Source: Epiperipatus broadwayi (taxonomy: Eukaryota; Animalia; Onychophora). From it: DNA of 64,000 nt. Numbering within the stretch: the first letter of the stretch is position 1; every line of letters starts with the position of its first letter. Below are positions 12,630-24,405 of the stretch, piece after piece. The notes below the pieces were generated by a model. The model did no database searches and was not told the DNA's origin. It worked only from the letters and a program-made list of their open reading frames with translations. Made by a program: the position numbers and the translations under genes. Location of the stretch: positions 12,152,001-12,216,000 of the forward strand of contig JAQFVV010000002.1 of NCBI GenBank assembly GCA_028023455.1, given 5' to 3'.

Positions 12630-14900
12630 GTATACTGAAGCAGATGATCTGATGCTCAGATCCTGCTTCACAGCCCACATCCAATCTCTTACCACCTAAC
12701 TATGTTCAAACCCGTCTTTACGCACGAATATACATCTAATAATACATTTATTTCTGTTGCTTAGTATTTTAACAAAAACCACGTAAACACTTATGTATCT
12801 TAATCTAAAACTATTTTTATTTAATAATATTCTCATGTGTATGCGGGTGTAAATAATAAATATATATATTCCAGGGTAGGAGATTGCTAACAAATTATTA
12901 AAGTTATGTTATATATAAATTATACTCAAAATCATATATGAAACTTATTATTTTTTCATATGTAATTTAGTAGTCAGAAATGATGCAATCCTTTTAAAAA
13001 GTCTCTCGAAAACAATTACCCGGAAGAGCCCCTTAGATAAAAGTAAAAGATTACAATTTTGTAATAATAAAATAAACCCATTAGTGGAAATTTTGTCCAC
13101 GCCAGCTTGTTTTAAAATCATAAGACTTATTTTAAAACAATCGTTCGAGAAACTGATAACAGAATTGCATTGTTTCAAAAGTCTTACTAGATAAGAAAGT
13201 ATCCAGTCAAATGATTCCAGACGTATATTAAGTGCTTAAACCGCCTCAAGTCCAGCAGTAGTTGCTAGGTTACATCATCAAAATAGAAGTATAAATACTG
13301 CTGGATTTGAATCCAAAAAAGAGGAGACCACAAAATTATGATGTTGCTATACATAATCCATGTCAATTTTAATTTTAATCCAATGTGCTGCGAGTAGGGG
13401 AAATTTCACCTTCCCCTCCGTTCTGATATGCTTTTCCCATAAGCGAAGCTCTGCATCCCGTACTGATGAACTTTAAATATTTTTCCGGTAAAAGTGAAAT
13501 GCCATCTACCATATATTATTGCAACCCTAGATCTAGTGAACCAATGCTGATGGACTGACTTGTATCAAAATTGCTCTTCCAGATAGCAAGGTAAAAAGAA
13601 CTTTAGCCGCTCATAATTCTCAAATCCTGCCTTCTTTGTAAGATTTACTCTGTTTTCCAATCATATATATATATATTAAATGTCTTCAAAGTATGTAACT
13701 CTTTATAACTCTATATAACTTATCACTATTTAGCCTCTTATAAAATGTTTTCTTTTCTTTTATTTCCATGTGGCAGATAATTTTCATTTATATTTATGTA
13801 TTTATGTTTTAAAAAAGAAAATGCCAATAATATTTCTAAAATCGCCAGCACATAATTTATTTTTGTTTTCCCCACCCATCATTTATCGGGTAACTAACTT
13901 ATAACTTAATCAAAACAAGTATTATTCGACTTGCCCAGGTGCTAGCGATTTTGGGATAAACAAATTAATTATTTTCTCTGTTTGCTATAGAAAAACAGAT
14001 TAACATCTGTTTTATAAAGATTTTCCTTTCTAAATAATGTGCTATTTCTTATTATCAATTTATGTTATATATGAAAACCCATCATAGCTATTACCACCAC
14101 CCATTTATTTTCGTATTAATTTATATATTTTCATAAAAAGGCATTTATTAACCGAGATTGAGATTTGTTAAATGTGTGGGAAGTTATGAATAATATTAAG
14201 TAACATAGGGGGGGATCTTCAGATCTTGAAATTTTACATTTAATTAAAATTATTATCCATGTTTGTTTAACGAAGAAACCATACCATTACGCCGGGTATT
14301 TCACAATTTATGGGCAGTAAATAAGTTAAGATAATCTTTAAAGCTATTTATGCTTCATTATTCTCAAGCGTTGCGTGCATATAGGCCACTTCGTTTCATA
14401 TATATGCATGCTTCTCTCTTACATGGAGGTATTCGCTAAGTCGAGCCCCATCGTAGTTCTCAATGTCCTTGAACCAGGCTGTAAAACCACCCTGGGGACA
14501 TATTTGGTCGTATGTGCATGCTGTATATGGGGATCACTCTGGGAAATCCAGCCCAATAAAGGCATTGCTAACCACCCTTCGTCTCAACACCAATCCTGCC
14601 TACGTTTGCAGAGGAAATCGGTAAATTTCATTAATCAAATTCATGAAGCACACTCCAGGATCCATAATTGGACCACCCCAATCTGCCGCCATGCACGCAC
14701 CACCTTTCAGTGTATTATTAGTCACCCAGAAATATTCATAAGTCGTAATGCGATGATTTCTCTAAACAGACATATATTTCCATTATTTTACTATGCGTGT
14801 CAGTGCGATAAATTTATTCTCATTCATATAAGTATTCATTATCTGTCCCGCACATTAATCATTTACAAATCAAATTAATAATGATATTGAATAAAAACAA
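12630..14900 (-). pseudogene. Decayed protein-coding block of unknown family, candidate endogenous viral element
   Basis: CpG-rich relative to flanks. The minus frame from 14761 reads RNHRITTYEYFWVTNNTLKGGACMAADWGGPIMDPGVCFMNLINEIYRFPLQT*AGLVLRRRVVSNAFIGLDFPE*SPYTACTYDQICPQGGFTAWFKDIENYDGARLSEYLHVREKH. No RT, integrase or transposase motif recognised. The viral assignment is inference only. Confidence 0.45.
13460..13509 (+). ncRNA. Candidate hammerhead ribozyme motif
   Basis: GTA-CTGATGA-ACTTT-(16 nt)-AAAGT-GAAA-TGCCA-TC-TAC: full core, 5-bp helix II, near-palindromic ATGCCAT helix III, only a 3-bp helix I. Confidence 0.4.
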
Positions 14901-16789
14901 AATGTAATATTTGTTTGTTAAACTATTTTCTTTTAAGTCGGGTAAATGCTCTTTTCGTTCCTCTGGGGGTGGAATAGTATTTTAGTAATACATTTCCAAT
15001 AGCGCTAATTCCTTAAGTCATATACATATATTATTGGCATAGCCACAAATATCATCAAGTTATTGTAAAATCTGAATTATATATATATAATACTTATGAG
15101 GCTAGTGTCGGATAAATAACCTGACATATTTATTTGTTATTAATCTAATAAATCTTAAAATATATACATCAACTCTCAAATCATTGCTTTCTTTATTTAA
15201 TTTAATATCCATTTATTAGTTATATTCCATATGACTAGATGATCTCTGCTAAATATATAGTTAATATGCAAGGTCACAAGCCTTTGTTGTTCCCAGATTA
15301 TAGTGTGTTTTTAAGTTAGTCTATCATTAAAATTTAGCCTAGAATCTTTTTGTGTCTCTGATGAGCGATGCCGGTGGTGAGAAGTAAATTAAATCGATAT
15401 CATCGAGATTGTTGCTCATAATGTTATAGATCTGGGAAATAGGCAAATAGGGCAGAGTTAATGAGTGTTCCTGACTTATGTATCTTGCGCACGATTGAAT
15501 TCGAGGTACTTTTGCCTAGATGCTAGATCTTGTTACGTGAACATATAAATCCGACCGGTACAATACACAATACTTTCTCTAAGCAACAATAAGTTTTCTG
15601 CTATATTTTCATTTTTCTATCATTACATTGATATTTACTTGACAAATCAATATTAATCTGGACCCTCTTTTTTATCTAAAAATAGCCAGTCACTAATTTA
15701 ATGATCAATATTTGAATAGATAGCCAATAAAAATCCAAGTTACAGATAAACTTAAATATTGGTACTCAGAAAATAAAATTGCATGTCATAAAAAATAATA
15801 AATTTAAAATATTACAGCATTACTGCATAATCTAAAAGATTTGATTTTTAATATAACCACCAAAATTAAATACGACTATACAGTATAATGGATTATGTAA
15901 ATTATGATTCAGAATTCAAATTCTGTTCATGTATCCAATCTGTTGGCTATCCAGTATTGATCAATAAATGGGTATTTACTTTAATATTAGTAAGAGAGTA
16001 TAGATTTCAGTATAAATCATGGATGATCAAATGCATGTCCAATCTTGACTATAAAAAAATGTTATAACTTCATTCTATTTCAACCTTCATCACAATAGGG
16101 ATATATCTAAAATGCTGATCCTAAAATTTAATTTTCTCTGTAGATAAATTCAAAACTATTTATTAATATTTGTATATATTGAATATGTAGGTATGTAGAA
16201 CTATACTTAATATAATAAACTTGTATATATATATATATAATTATAAGGGATTTGAACTCAGACTTTCAAGCTCTCTATAGCTATGTTCTCCATCTTATAC
16301 AACTGATACACATGACCACATACATGTGAAAAAGGTAATTGATCTATAATATATATATATATTTCTTGCTGAAGCAGCACCATCTACCACACATGTATAC
16401 AATCAGTGCTCAGTTTATATTAAGATAGAAAATCTTCAAACTTTAATGAACAAACTTCAATCTTCTCCACCCTCCAACACTTTAGCCATCCATATCATTG
16501 AAAATTTGATGTTGGAACACTCAAAGCTCTTGTTGATGCCAATATTATTGTCATACTCATGTTGACTTTGTCTTTCTGACCCCTCACATATAGTACCTTA
16601 ATATTTCAATTTAATTATATATAAGAGGGATGGACAGAATACAGGCTGAACAAATAATATTGAAATATAAGTATATAGTCAATACTAAATTTAATGCAAT
16701 TATAAAAGACTTGAACTTACACTTTCAATCTCCCTACAGTTATGCACTCCATCTTATACAACTGATACACATAACAACATACATGTGAA

Positions 16790-16830
16790 AAAGATACGTA
16801 TTTCATGCTGAACTAGCACTCATCAGTTGA
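16790..16830 (-). ncRNA. Hammerhead motif, family B copy 2
   Basis: CTGATGA-GTGCT-AGTTC-AGCAT-GAAA-TACGTA-TC: intact core with perfect ATACGTAT palindrome. The 3' strand of helix I is removed by a small deletion relative to the other copies. Confidence 0.8.
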
Positions 16831-17141
16831 TCCAGATCACCATCTCCCACCCATATATACATTCAATGCTCAGTTTATATTAAGAGAGCAAATCTTCAAA
16901 CTTTTACAGATGTTTCAATCTTCTCCATCCTCCAACCCTTCAAACATCCATATCATTGAAAATCCAATGATGGAATATCAACAAGAGCTTTGAGTGTTCC
17001 ACTATCAGATTTTCAATGATATAGATGGCTGAAGAGTTGGAGGGTGAAGAATATTGAAGCCTGTTCATTAAAGTTTGAAGAATTGCTATCTTAATATAAG
17101 CTGAGCATTGAATAAATATATGTGTGGAGACAGTAATCTGG

Positions 17142-17185
17142 ACCAACTGATGAGTGCTCATTCAGCACAAAATGTATATATTAGA
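17142..17185 (+). ncRNA. Hammerhead motif, family B copy 3 (decayed)
   Basis: ACCAA-CTGATGA-GTGCT-CATTC-AGCAC-AAAA-TGTATA-TA-TTAGA: perfect helix II; G12 changed to A at a former CpG. Confidence 0.7.
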
Positions 17186-18062
17186 GATCATTTACCTTTT
17201 TCACATGTATGTGTTCATGTGTATCAATTGAATAAGGTGCAGTGCATAAATATAAGGAGCTTGAAAGTCTGACTTTAAGTCACTTATAATTACATTAAAT
17301 TTAGTATAGACAATATACTTGTTTGAATATTATATATATATATATGTATAGTTATATACAAATTACAAACTAAGTCTTTAAAAAGCAAAATAATTTCTTT
17401 GCCCTAATCACAATATTTTTTATTCAATTATCTGGCAATTTCAACTGTTTAGCAGATGTCTGTAGAACTATTGTAAAATAAGAAAATAAAATCTACTCTG
17501 AAAAATATTCTAGATGCTGAAACTGTTGCATAATTCAATAAAAAGCACTGCTACAAGTGTAAAGGAAGAACTAAGATTTTTATGGATTTGTTTAATATAA
17601 GCAGCGAAAATAAGAATGAAAGAGTATTTAAACATATTGAAGATCACAAATTAATTGTGTGCATATAATTGTGTTATGCGAAAAAGGTATCATGCACTTT
17701 AAAAAATGAGCTTATGTATAATTTTTACTCAGTATTCCATTCAAAGTTATTGATAGATATATAGGTATATGTTGCCTTTTAACACCCGTTACCACTATAT
17801 AAATCAGCTGTGTATCACCAACAGCAAATAGGTTGCTTTAATTCCAGAAAAAAAGATAGAAAAAAATAATAGAAAAGGTTAAAAATAAGTTCAATGATGA
17901 GTGATGACTACATAAAGTAATCCATACCCAACCAATATGCCTATTTATTTAAACCAAACCACTTCCTCACATCATGAATTAATAACATATTATTAGCAAA
18001 AGATTCGAGAACAGAATGAATCCATCTTTTAATTAAATATTGATATTTATAAATTTATCCTT

Positions 18063-18355
18063 ACCAACAGTGGTGGAAATTCGGAGTAAACTCAATATAT
18101 CAGCAAAATGAAAACATAATATTAATAATTATCAAACTATCCGTTACGCAAAAATGTAGACAGCATCTTACTTTTAATAATTTGGCTTTAATAATAAAAC
18201 AGAAGTTAATAATTGTAAACATTAAATTGAATAACTTGATGCATATATAATTAAGTATAATAAATCATTCTCCCTCAGGCTATGAATAAATAATATTTTG
18301 TAAAGGAAGAATCAACAATATTGAGTTTAACTCTGAATTTCCACCAGTGTCTGTA
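18063..18355. mobile_element. MITE with about 30-bp terminal inverted repeats
   Basis: cagtggtggaaattcggagt-aaactcaatat (from 18068) versus the reverse complement cactggtggaaattcagagttaaactcaatat (ending 18349). Non-coding interior; TSD not resolved. Confidence 0.75.
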
Positions 18356-21249
18356 AGAGTAAGTATATAAACAGTGATCCTTTACTAGCATAGAGCTATT
18401 TATTTGTAGCCAAAGAAATACCGGCTTGCCCATTTAATTACCTATTTTAGTATATGCTAATTTCATTGCTTACAATTATTAAACTCTGTATGATTCTTAA
18501 AACATTATTAAAAGTGTGATTCAGTCTCTATCCTTATATAATTGGTTATTAATTTAGTAATCATTAATGGCATGTTTTCATCTGGCTAATATATTGAGAT
18601 CACTATGAATTTCCATTAATGTTAACAACAATAATCTTATAAATGTCAAAAGCTTAAACAATAAGCAGAACATTCCATTTTTTATTAACAGCCAGAGGGA
18701 GAGTGGTTTACTCCATTTAACTACCTATAAATTAAATTATGCTAACTTTATGTTCCTTATTTTCCTGAAGTAATTTATTTTAATCTTTATCTCTACCATT
18801 GAGCTACATACTGCACAGATCATAAATAAATTTTATTCATGATATTCATTTTTATTCACTTGGATATTAGTTTCACTCTGTTTCTTTAATAATATACAGT
18901 TATATTCTTTTTAAAAATAGAAATACAACAATTCCTTTGCATCCATTATTTCTATAGTTTCAGTTATTTATTGTTCAAAAGAAAGAGAAAAAAAACATAA
19001 AAATTAGTAAAATTTTGAATTTTTTTAATCCATAGTTCAGGTAAATTATGTACATGCACCTACATGTTTGCTATGCATATTTTCAACATGTCTGTAATGT
19101 ATATGCATTCACATATGTGTGTTTAGAATGAATATTAAATCCATGCCAAAACTTGGAACCAAATGTAGTGAATACACAACTGTTTTGCTAAAAAATTATT
19201 TTTAACCATATATATATATATTAAATTGTGACCAGATTTTTAAAGACTCCATTATTATATAACTGTATGCAATTAGTTGGTTTTTAATTTTTTTTTTTAA
19301 GTAGAAAAGATTCACTCTTTTTTTCAATACTGTTATTATATATTTTTTAATAATTAAATGGTTCACCAAACATACTATGAGATATATCTGGGAAAATAAA
19401 AAGGATACTACTCTGGAAAAAGTTTTGCTTCCAAAATAGAGCATTTCAATCTCGTTCACAATTTAATTATAAAATATTTAAATATAAACAGTAATACTAG
19501 AATTGATAGGTGAACTATAAAAACTATGAATAAACTATGAAAGATTAATTTGCTATAACAGACGAATAAAAGGTTGCACATTGTATTAACTATTTAACAA
19601 ATTGCGTGATTATAAGACTAGAATGTAAACAATGTAAGATTTAATTGTTTAAACAGTAAGTCTGTCTGATAATTAAAAACAAGGAATATAATTTGTAAGT
19701 AGTAATATTACAAGTAATATTATTTTCATTATATGGCTAAAAATTGTTTGTAGAAATCTAATGATTATTTAAATATACAAGGCAAGTAGTGAACATAATA
19801 AAAAAAAAGACAGTATATATAAAATAATTTAAAATATAATTGAAAATGAATTTTTAAAATGCTTACATAATGATAATAAAAAAATTAGAATACTGTGGCA
19901 TGTCAAAAAAGTGTAGACTTGAGAAGCTTGTGGATTAGAACTGAGTCAATATTAAGTTTTGAAAAAAGTAAAATATGATAATAAGCATATAATTTCAAAA
20001 ACATAAGAGAAATATTTATAAATGAAATACTACACGTGATAATTCAAAAATGGTTTAGGAATCAATAAGAATTTATTCTGGATTTATGATTTACTGCAAA
20101 AAATTGAGGCAAACTTTCAAAGAATGTAAGAAATTCTTAGTTAAAAAAATAGTAACACCCAATATATGTTATACTAATATACATTTTTTTAATTATACAT
20201 TATCCTAAAAATATAGAAATAGACAAAATATAAATCATTAAAATATGTTATAACACAACAGGGGCACTTTTTCATGCTGGAGCCCCTTACACAACCATAT
20301 TTCTTCAGGTTACATTGAAAGCACATATATTTTATTCATTTTTTTTAAATCCAAATACTTCATATAGTACATAGTATTTCATAAAAGAAAATGTCTATCA
20401 AGTGTAATATAGAAATTTTATGAAATTTTAAAAAAATTTTAAAGTATCTGACCTAAACAATAAAATGAAACTTATTGATTTGCTAACAACAGAAAACAAT
20501 CATAAAATATATTTGTACCATGTCACAGAGCTTAAAATTTAAAGAATTTACCTGAGAATCTGAAATAGGTAACAACAAGTATGGATGATTATAAAGTCTG
20601 AAATTGATAGGGATTAAAATATCAAAACAGATAAAGATTGCAATCAGCTGATAAAATGAGATCTATTACATATATTTTCATAAAGAAAAGAAGTTATTGA
20701 AGAAAAAAATATCCAGAGCATGCTCAAGTGCAGGAAAAGTCTGACATTTTACTATTCTTTTTTTTTTTTTTTGAAAAAAATATATAGTACAGTAAGTTTT
20801 TATTATTTTTATTTTTTGAGTGCATGAGTGAACAAACATAACATATGTATATGTAAATCTGTTCTTTCAATTATTATTAATTTTTAAAACTTTTTTTACT
20901 AATACTACAATCTTAATATATAGACATATGCATACTACAAACATAAAAAAATGTCTGGACTATATGAATGTAGGAATGTATATATTATATTTACAAGATT
21001 TTCATGGATATAAGATGAAAATAAAGTTTTTATTTTCATATATATATATCTCCACATTGAAAAGTACTGTATACTTGTAGCATAGAAAATGATATGTATT
21101 TTATTGTAATAAAAGATTATCAACAAAATGTCAGCTATTATCAACGCTTTATGTGAGGGGAATTTGGAACAAAATATAACAGATATCACAACTATACTAT
21201 AGAAGATAAATTAAAGAGAAATCCTAAAGACATTTTTCAAATTTATTGG

Positions 21250-23450
21250 ACAAAAAAATATATGTATAAATAATAGCAAATAAATGACTAACAGAAATTA
21301 TGTATTTCAAAATCGTAATATTATTAATAAATTCATCACAGGAAGTAATAACTGATTGGTGAGATGCAAAATATATGTTATTAAAAACTAGAGACACAAA
21401 AATTATTAAGAAAAACAGTATTCACAGTTGATATTCCTAATCTTCAGACACATTCCAATGAATTTAAATTAGAACTGGCAAATTGGTTTAAAATATTAAA
21501 AGATATTGAAGATGATTCAAATATGAATAAAATCAATATAAAAATAACTGATACATTATTAAAACTGTGACAGAAATAGCTAGTATAAAAAACCCACAAT
21601 TGACCAGTAACATTTCCACTGAGGCAAGACAATTTATAAAGAAAATAAGGAATATAAAAATATATATAAATGATCCATTAAGAAGGACTGAATATCTAGA
21701 ATTTGTAAAATGGTATGAAAAAGAGTTAATAACAATATAAAAAACCATAGTTAAATAGAAAAGAATAAAAGCAGCAAAAGTGTAAAACAACATCTTGGTA
21801 ATGGTGGTAAACTTTGCAATAATAAGTAAAGATGGAACTATTGTTTTAAAAAAAAAAGGTGACATCATGAAATATGTAAAAGAGTTCTATAAAAAAAATT
21901 GTGTAGCAATAAAAAAATTGAAAATGTATGCGTACAAATACTTCATCTTCTAAATTGCCCAAAATTTTAAATGAAATGAGAAATGCAATTAAATGTATGA
22001 AAAAAAGACTAACTCCAGGTAATGATGGAATTATAATAGATATCTTAAAATAAGCAGATTATGAAATAAATAAAAAAATTGGCAAAATTGTATACCAAAT
22101 ATCTAAATAATAAAGATGTACCAGATGATTGGAAGAATGCAGTACTAATATTAATATTTTAAAAAAGTGATAAAAAAGATCTCAAAAACTACAGATCTAT
22201 CATTTTTTTATTAGTTTTGTACAAAATTTTTACCAAGATAATTAGAACTTGTCTGCAGTGAACTTTGTATTTTGACCAACCCAAAGAACAAGAAGGATTT
22301 TTGTCAAGCATTGGTGGCCGAGTAGTCAGCACAGCTGCCTTACAAGCAGTTGTCCCGGGTTCATGAGTTTGCTTCCCAGCCAATGCTTTGACACATGAAA
22401 AAAAAAAGGATTTTAATGAGTTGCCATTATGCTTTGGATTTATAGATTATGAAAAGACATAATTCTATAAGCATTTTTTCAGTAATTAAAGCATTGAATT
22501 ACCAAAATATAGACCCAGAATATTGTCATGTCCTGAAGAATATTTATCAAAATGCAATAGCAATAATTAGATTACATAGTGATGACAGAATATATGATAG
22601 AGTAACTTTATATATCCAAAACTTTTTGCAATAGTTTGCAAGAAATATTTTATGGATTAAAATGGGAAGCTAAGAAAATAAAAGTAATAGATATTATTTG
22701 TCATCTAGATTTTACACATGATGTAATTGTTTTTACAGATAATGTTTCAAAGCTTCACAAAATGTTGCAAAAGTTATCAGATAAAAGTAAAAAAGTAAAC
22801 ATTCAATGGATTTTCTCAAAAGAAAATAAAAATTGATAATGATAAATTAGAAGTAGTTAATAACTACAAATATCTTAATCAGATTATTAATATAAATGAA
22901 AAGATATTGGATAATAATAATTAATGATTGAATTAAACCTGGATGGAGTGCTTTTGGTAGAAATAATATTAAAAGGCAATATGCTATACATTTGAAAAGC
23001 AAGTCTTTTAATAGATATGTTTTGCCAGTTCTTGCTTATAGATCTGAGACTTGGGCACTTAACAAGAGAGCAATGTAGACAATTCTGACTACTCATTGAA
23101 ATATGGGGGTAGGAGTAACAAGGCAAGATCAAAAACAAAATACATTGGTGAGACAACAAATAAGTGCTACTGACATCATTAAAAGAATTAAAAGACTAAA
23201 GTGCAACTGGGATAGATATATTTCTAGAAGAGATATTACTAAGTGGACAGTTGAAATCTTAAATTGGAATTAAAGAAATTATAAAAGATCTATAAAGAGA
23301 TTACTTGTGAAATGGATGGATGAAATAAGGGAGTGTGTTGGGTTGATGTGAAGAAGAGAGAATAGAGATTGGAAAAACTGGATTAAACTTTGAGTGACCT
23401 TCATCCTGAAGTGAATCAATAATGGTTAAAAGTGAATTTATGATGATGAA
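21250..23450 (+). mobile_element. Decayed RTE (BovB-like) LINE
   Basis: PG.DGI, PDDWKNAVLILI, DLKNYRSI, QPKEQEGF, LPLCFGFIDYEK, SETWALNKR, LKCNW, ending in a (TGA)n tail near 23440. The 5' boundary is approximate. Confidence 0.9.
22302..22405 (+). mobile_element. tRNA-Gly-derived retrocopy or short SINE inserted in the RTE
   Basis: GCATTGG...CCAATGC acceptor stem (22308-22386), CTGC-CTTACAA-GCAG arm, insertion in the T loop, A-run at the 3' end, flanked by AAGGATTTT at 22293-22301 and 22406-22414. Confidence 0.8.
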
Positions 23451-24254
23451 ATGATGTTAATTCAAGTGAAAGATGGAAAAATTCAATGACAATTTAATGA
23501 AGCTGCAAATGTGAAATGTTGACAGATTTAGTTAAAAATGTATTGTCATAAAAAAAATGTAATGAAATAAATGATTGCAGAGAAAAATTATTAGTTAATT
23601 TATGTCAAAATAACCCAATTTGGAGTCGCAGAAAGTAGAAAAGTGTACAAGTAATCTGTAAAGTAAAAATTATAAATTATTACAAAATAAAGTGATGTAA
23701 ATAAAGATGCAATGGATTTTTTAATAAATTAAAAATAATATCTGATATAATGATTGAAAAAGTGCAGACAACTAAAATACTGTCTCAAGAAATTGGCCAA
23801 AAGATTCTTTCAACATTTGATTCCTTTAACGAAAAAGGCTTAATACAGTAAAAAGTAAAGAAAGTAAAAATGTTAATCTCTGCAAACAGCTAAAATATTT
23901 GAAACAAGAGGATAGAATTACTAGAGTGTTTAGAAATATGTTAAAAACATATAGAAAGAGGAAGGGAATTTAATATTTGCATTGATAATCTTAAAAAAAA
24001 AACATTTGAAAAATTAAATTGAATTATTTTATTACATATATATTTTTAAAAAGATATATGACTATTAGTCAGCATAAAAATATTTTTCTTGCAAAAAAAA
24101 AAAAAGAAAAGAAGATAGATTTAGGGAAGAAAATTAAGGGATAGTGCAATATTTATTTCAAATCACTTGTAAATAAGTATTATTTTAGTAAAGATGGAAT
24201 TAAAAATTGAAACAAGAAAGTTATTCTCCACTGATGATCTAAAAAATGTTTATT

Positions 24255-24405
24255 AATACACTGTACAGGCTTACACCTGCACATATAGATATATATGTAA
24301 GGGATTCCAACTCAGACTTTCACAGGACCTCCAACTCTCCATGCCATCTAATATTGTTGACCCACCTGATCATACACATTTTGAAAATATAAATAATCAC
24401 CAATA
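24255..24405 (-). mobile_element. Partial copy of family B (segment downstream of the ribozyme only)
   Basis: Reverse complement matches 34950-35100 (tattggtgattatttat...gatcaggtgggtca.caatat...gtgaaagtctgagtt.gaa.ccc...aagcctgtaca.tgtatt). Confidence 0.8.

Larger units (their letters stand above)
16224..17335. mobile_element. Cluster of three copies of HHR-bearing non-coding repeat family B (16224-16553 minus, 16635-16975 minus, 16977-17335 plus)
   Basis: Copies share ctcagactttcaa, atacaactgatacacat..cacatacatgtgaaaaag, tgctcagtttatattaaga and catccatatcattgaaaat. Copies 1 and 2 are tandem; copies 2 and 3 are head-to-head. Divergence is very roughly 20%. Confidence 0.85.

Noticed and set aside
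14375-14878. Longest ORF in the track (167 aa, plus) as a real gene
   Set aside because: H/I/C/S-rich and D/E-poor; it is in register with a more protein-like minus frame, so it is treated as a shadow ORF.
19500-20750. Additional LINE RT remnant
   Set aside because: Only loose resemblances (QSADKM); no ordered motif set could be recovered.
22308-22386. Functional tRNA-Val(TAC)
   Set aside because: The body is tRNA-Gly, the T loop carries an insertion, and it has retrocopy hallmarks.
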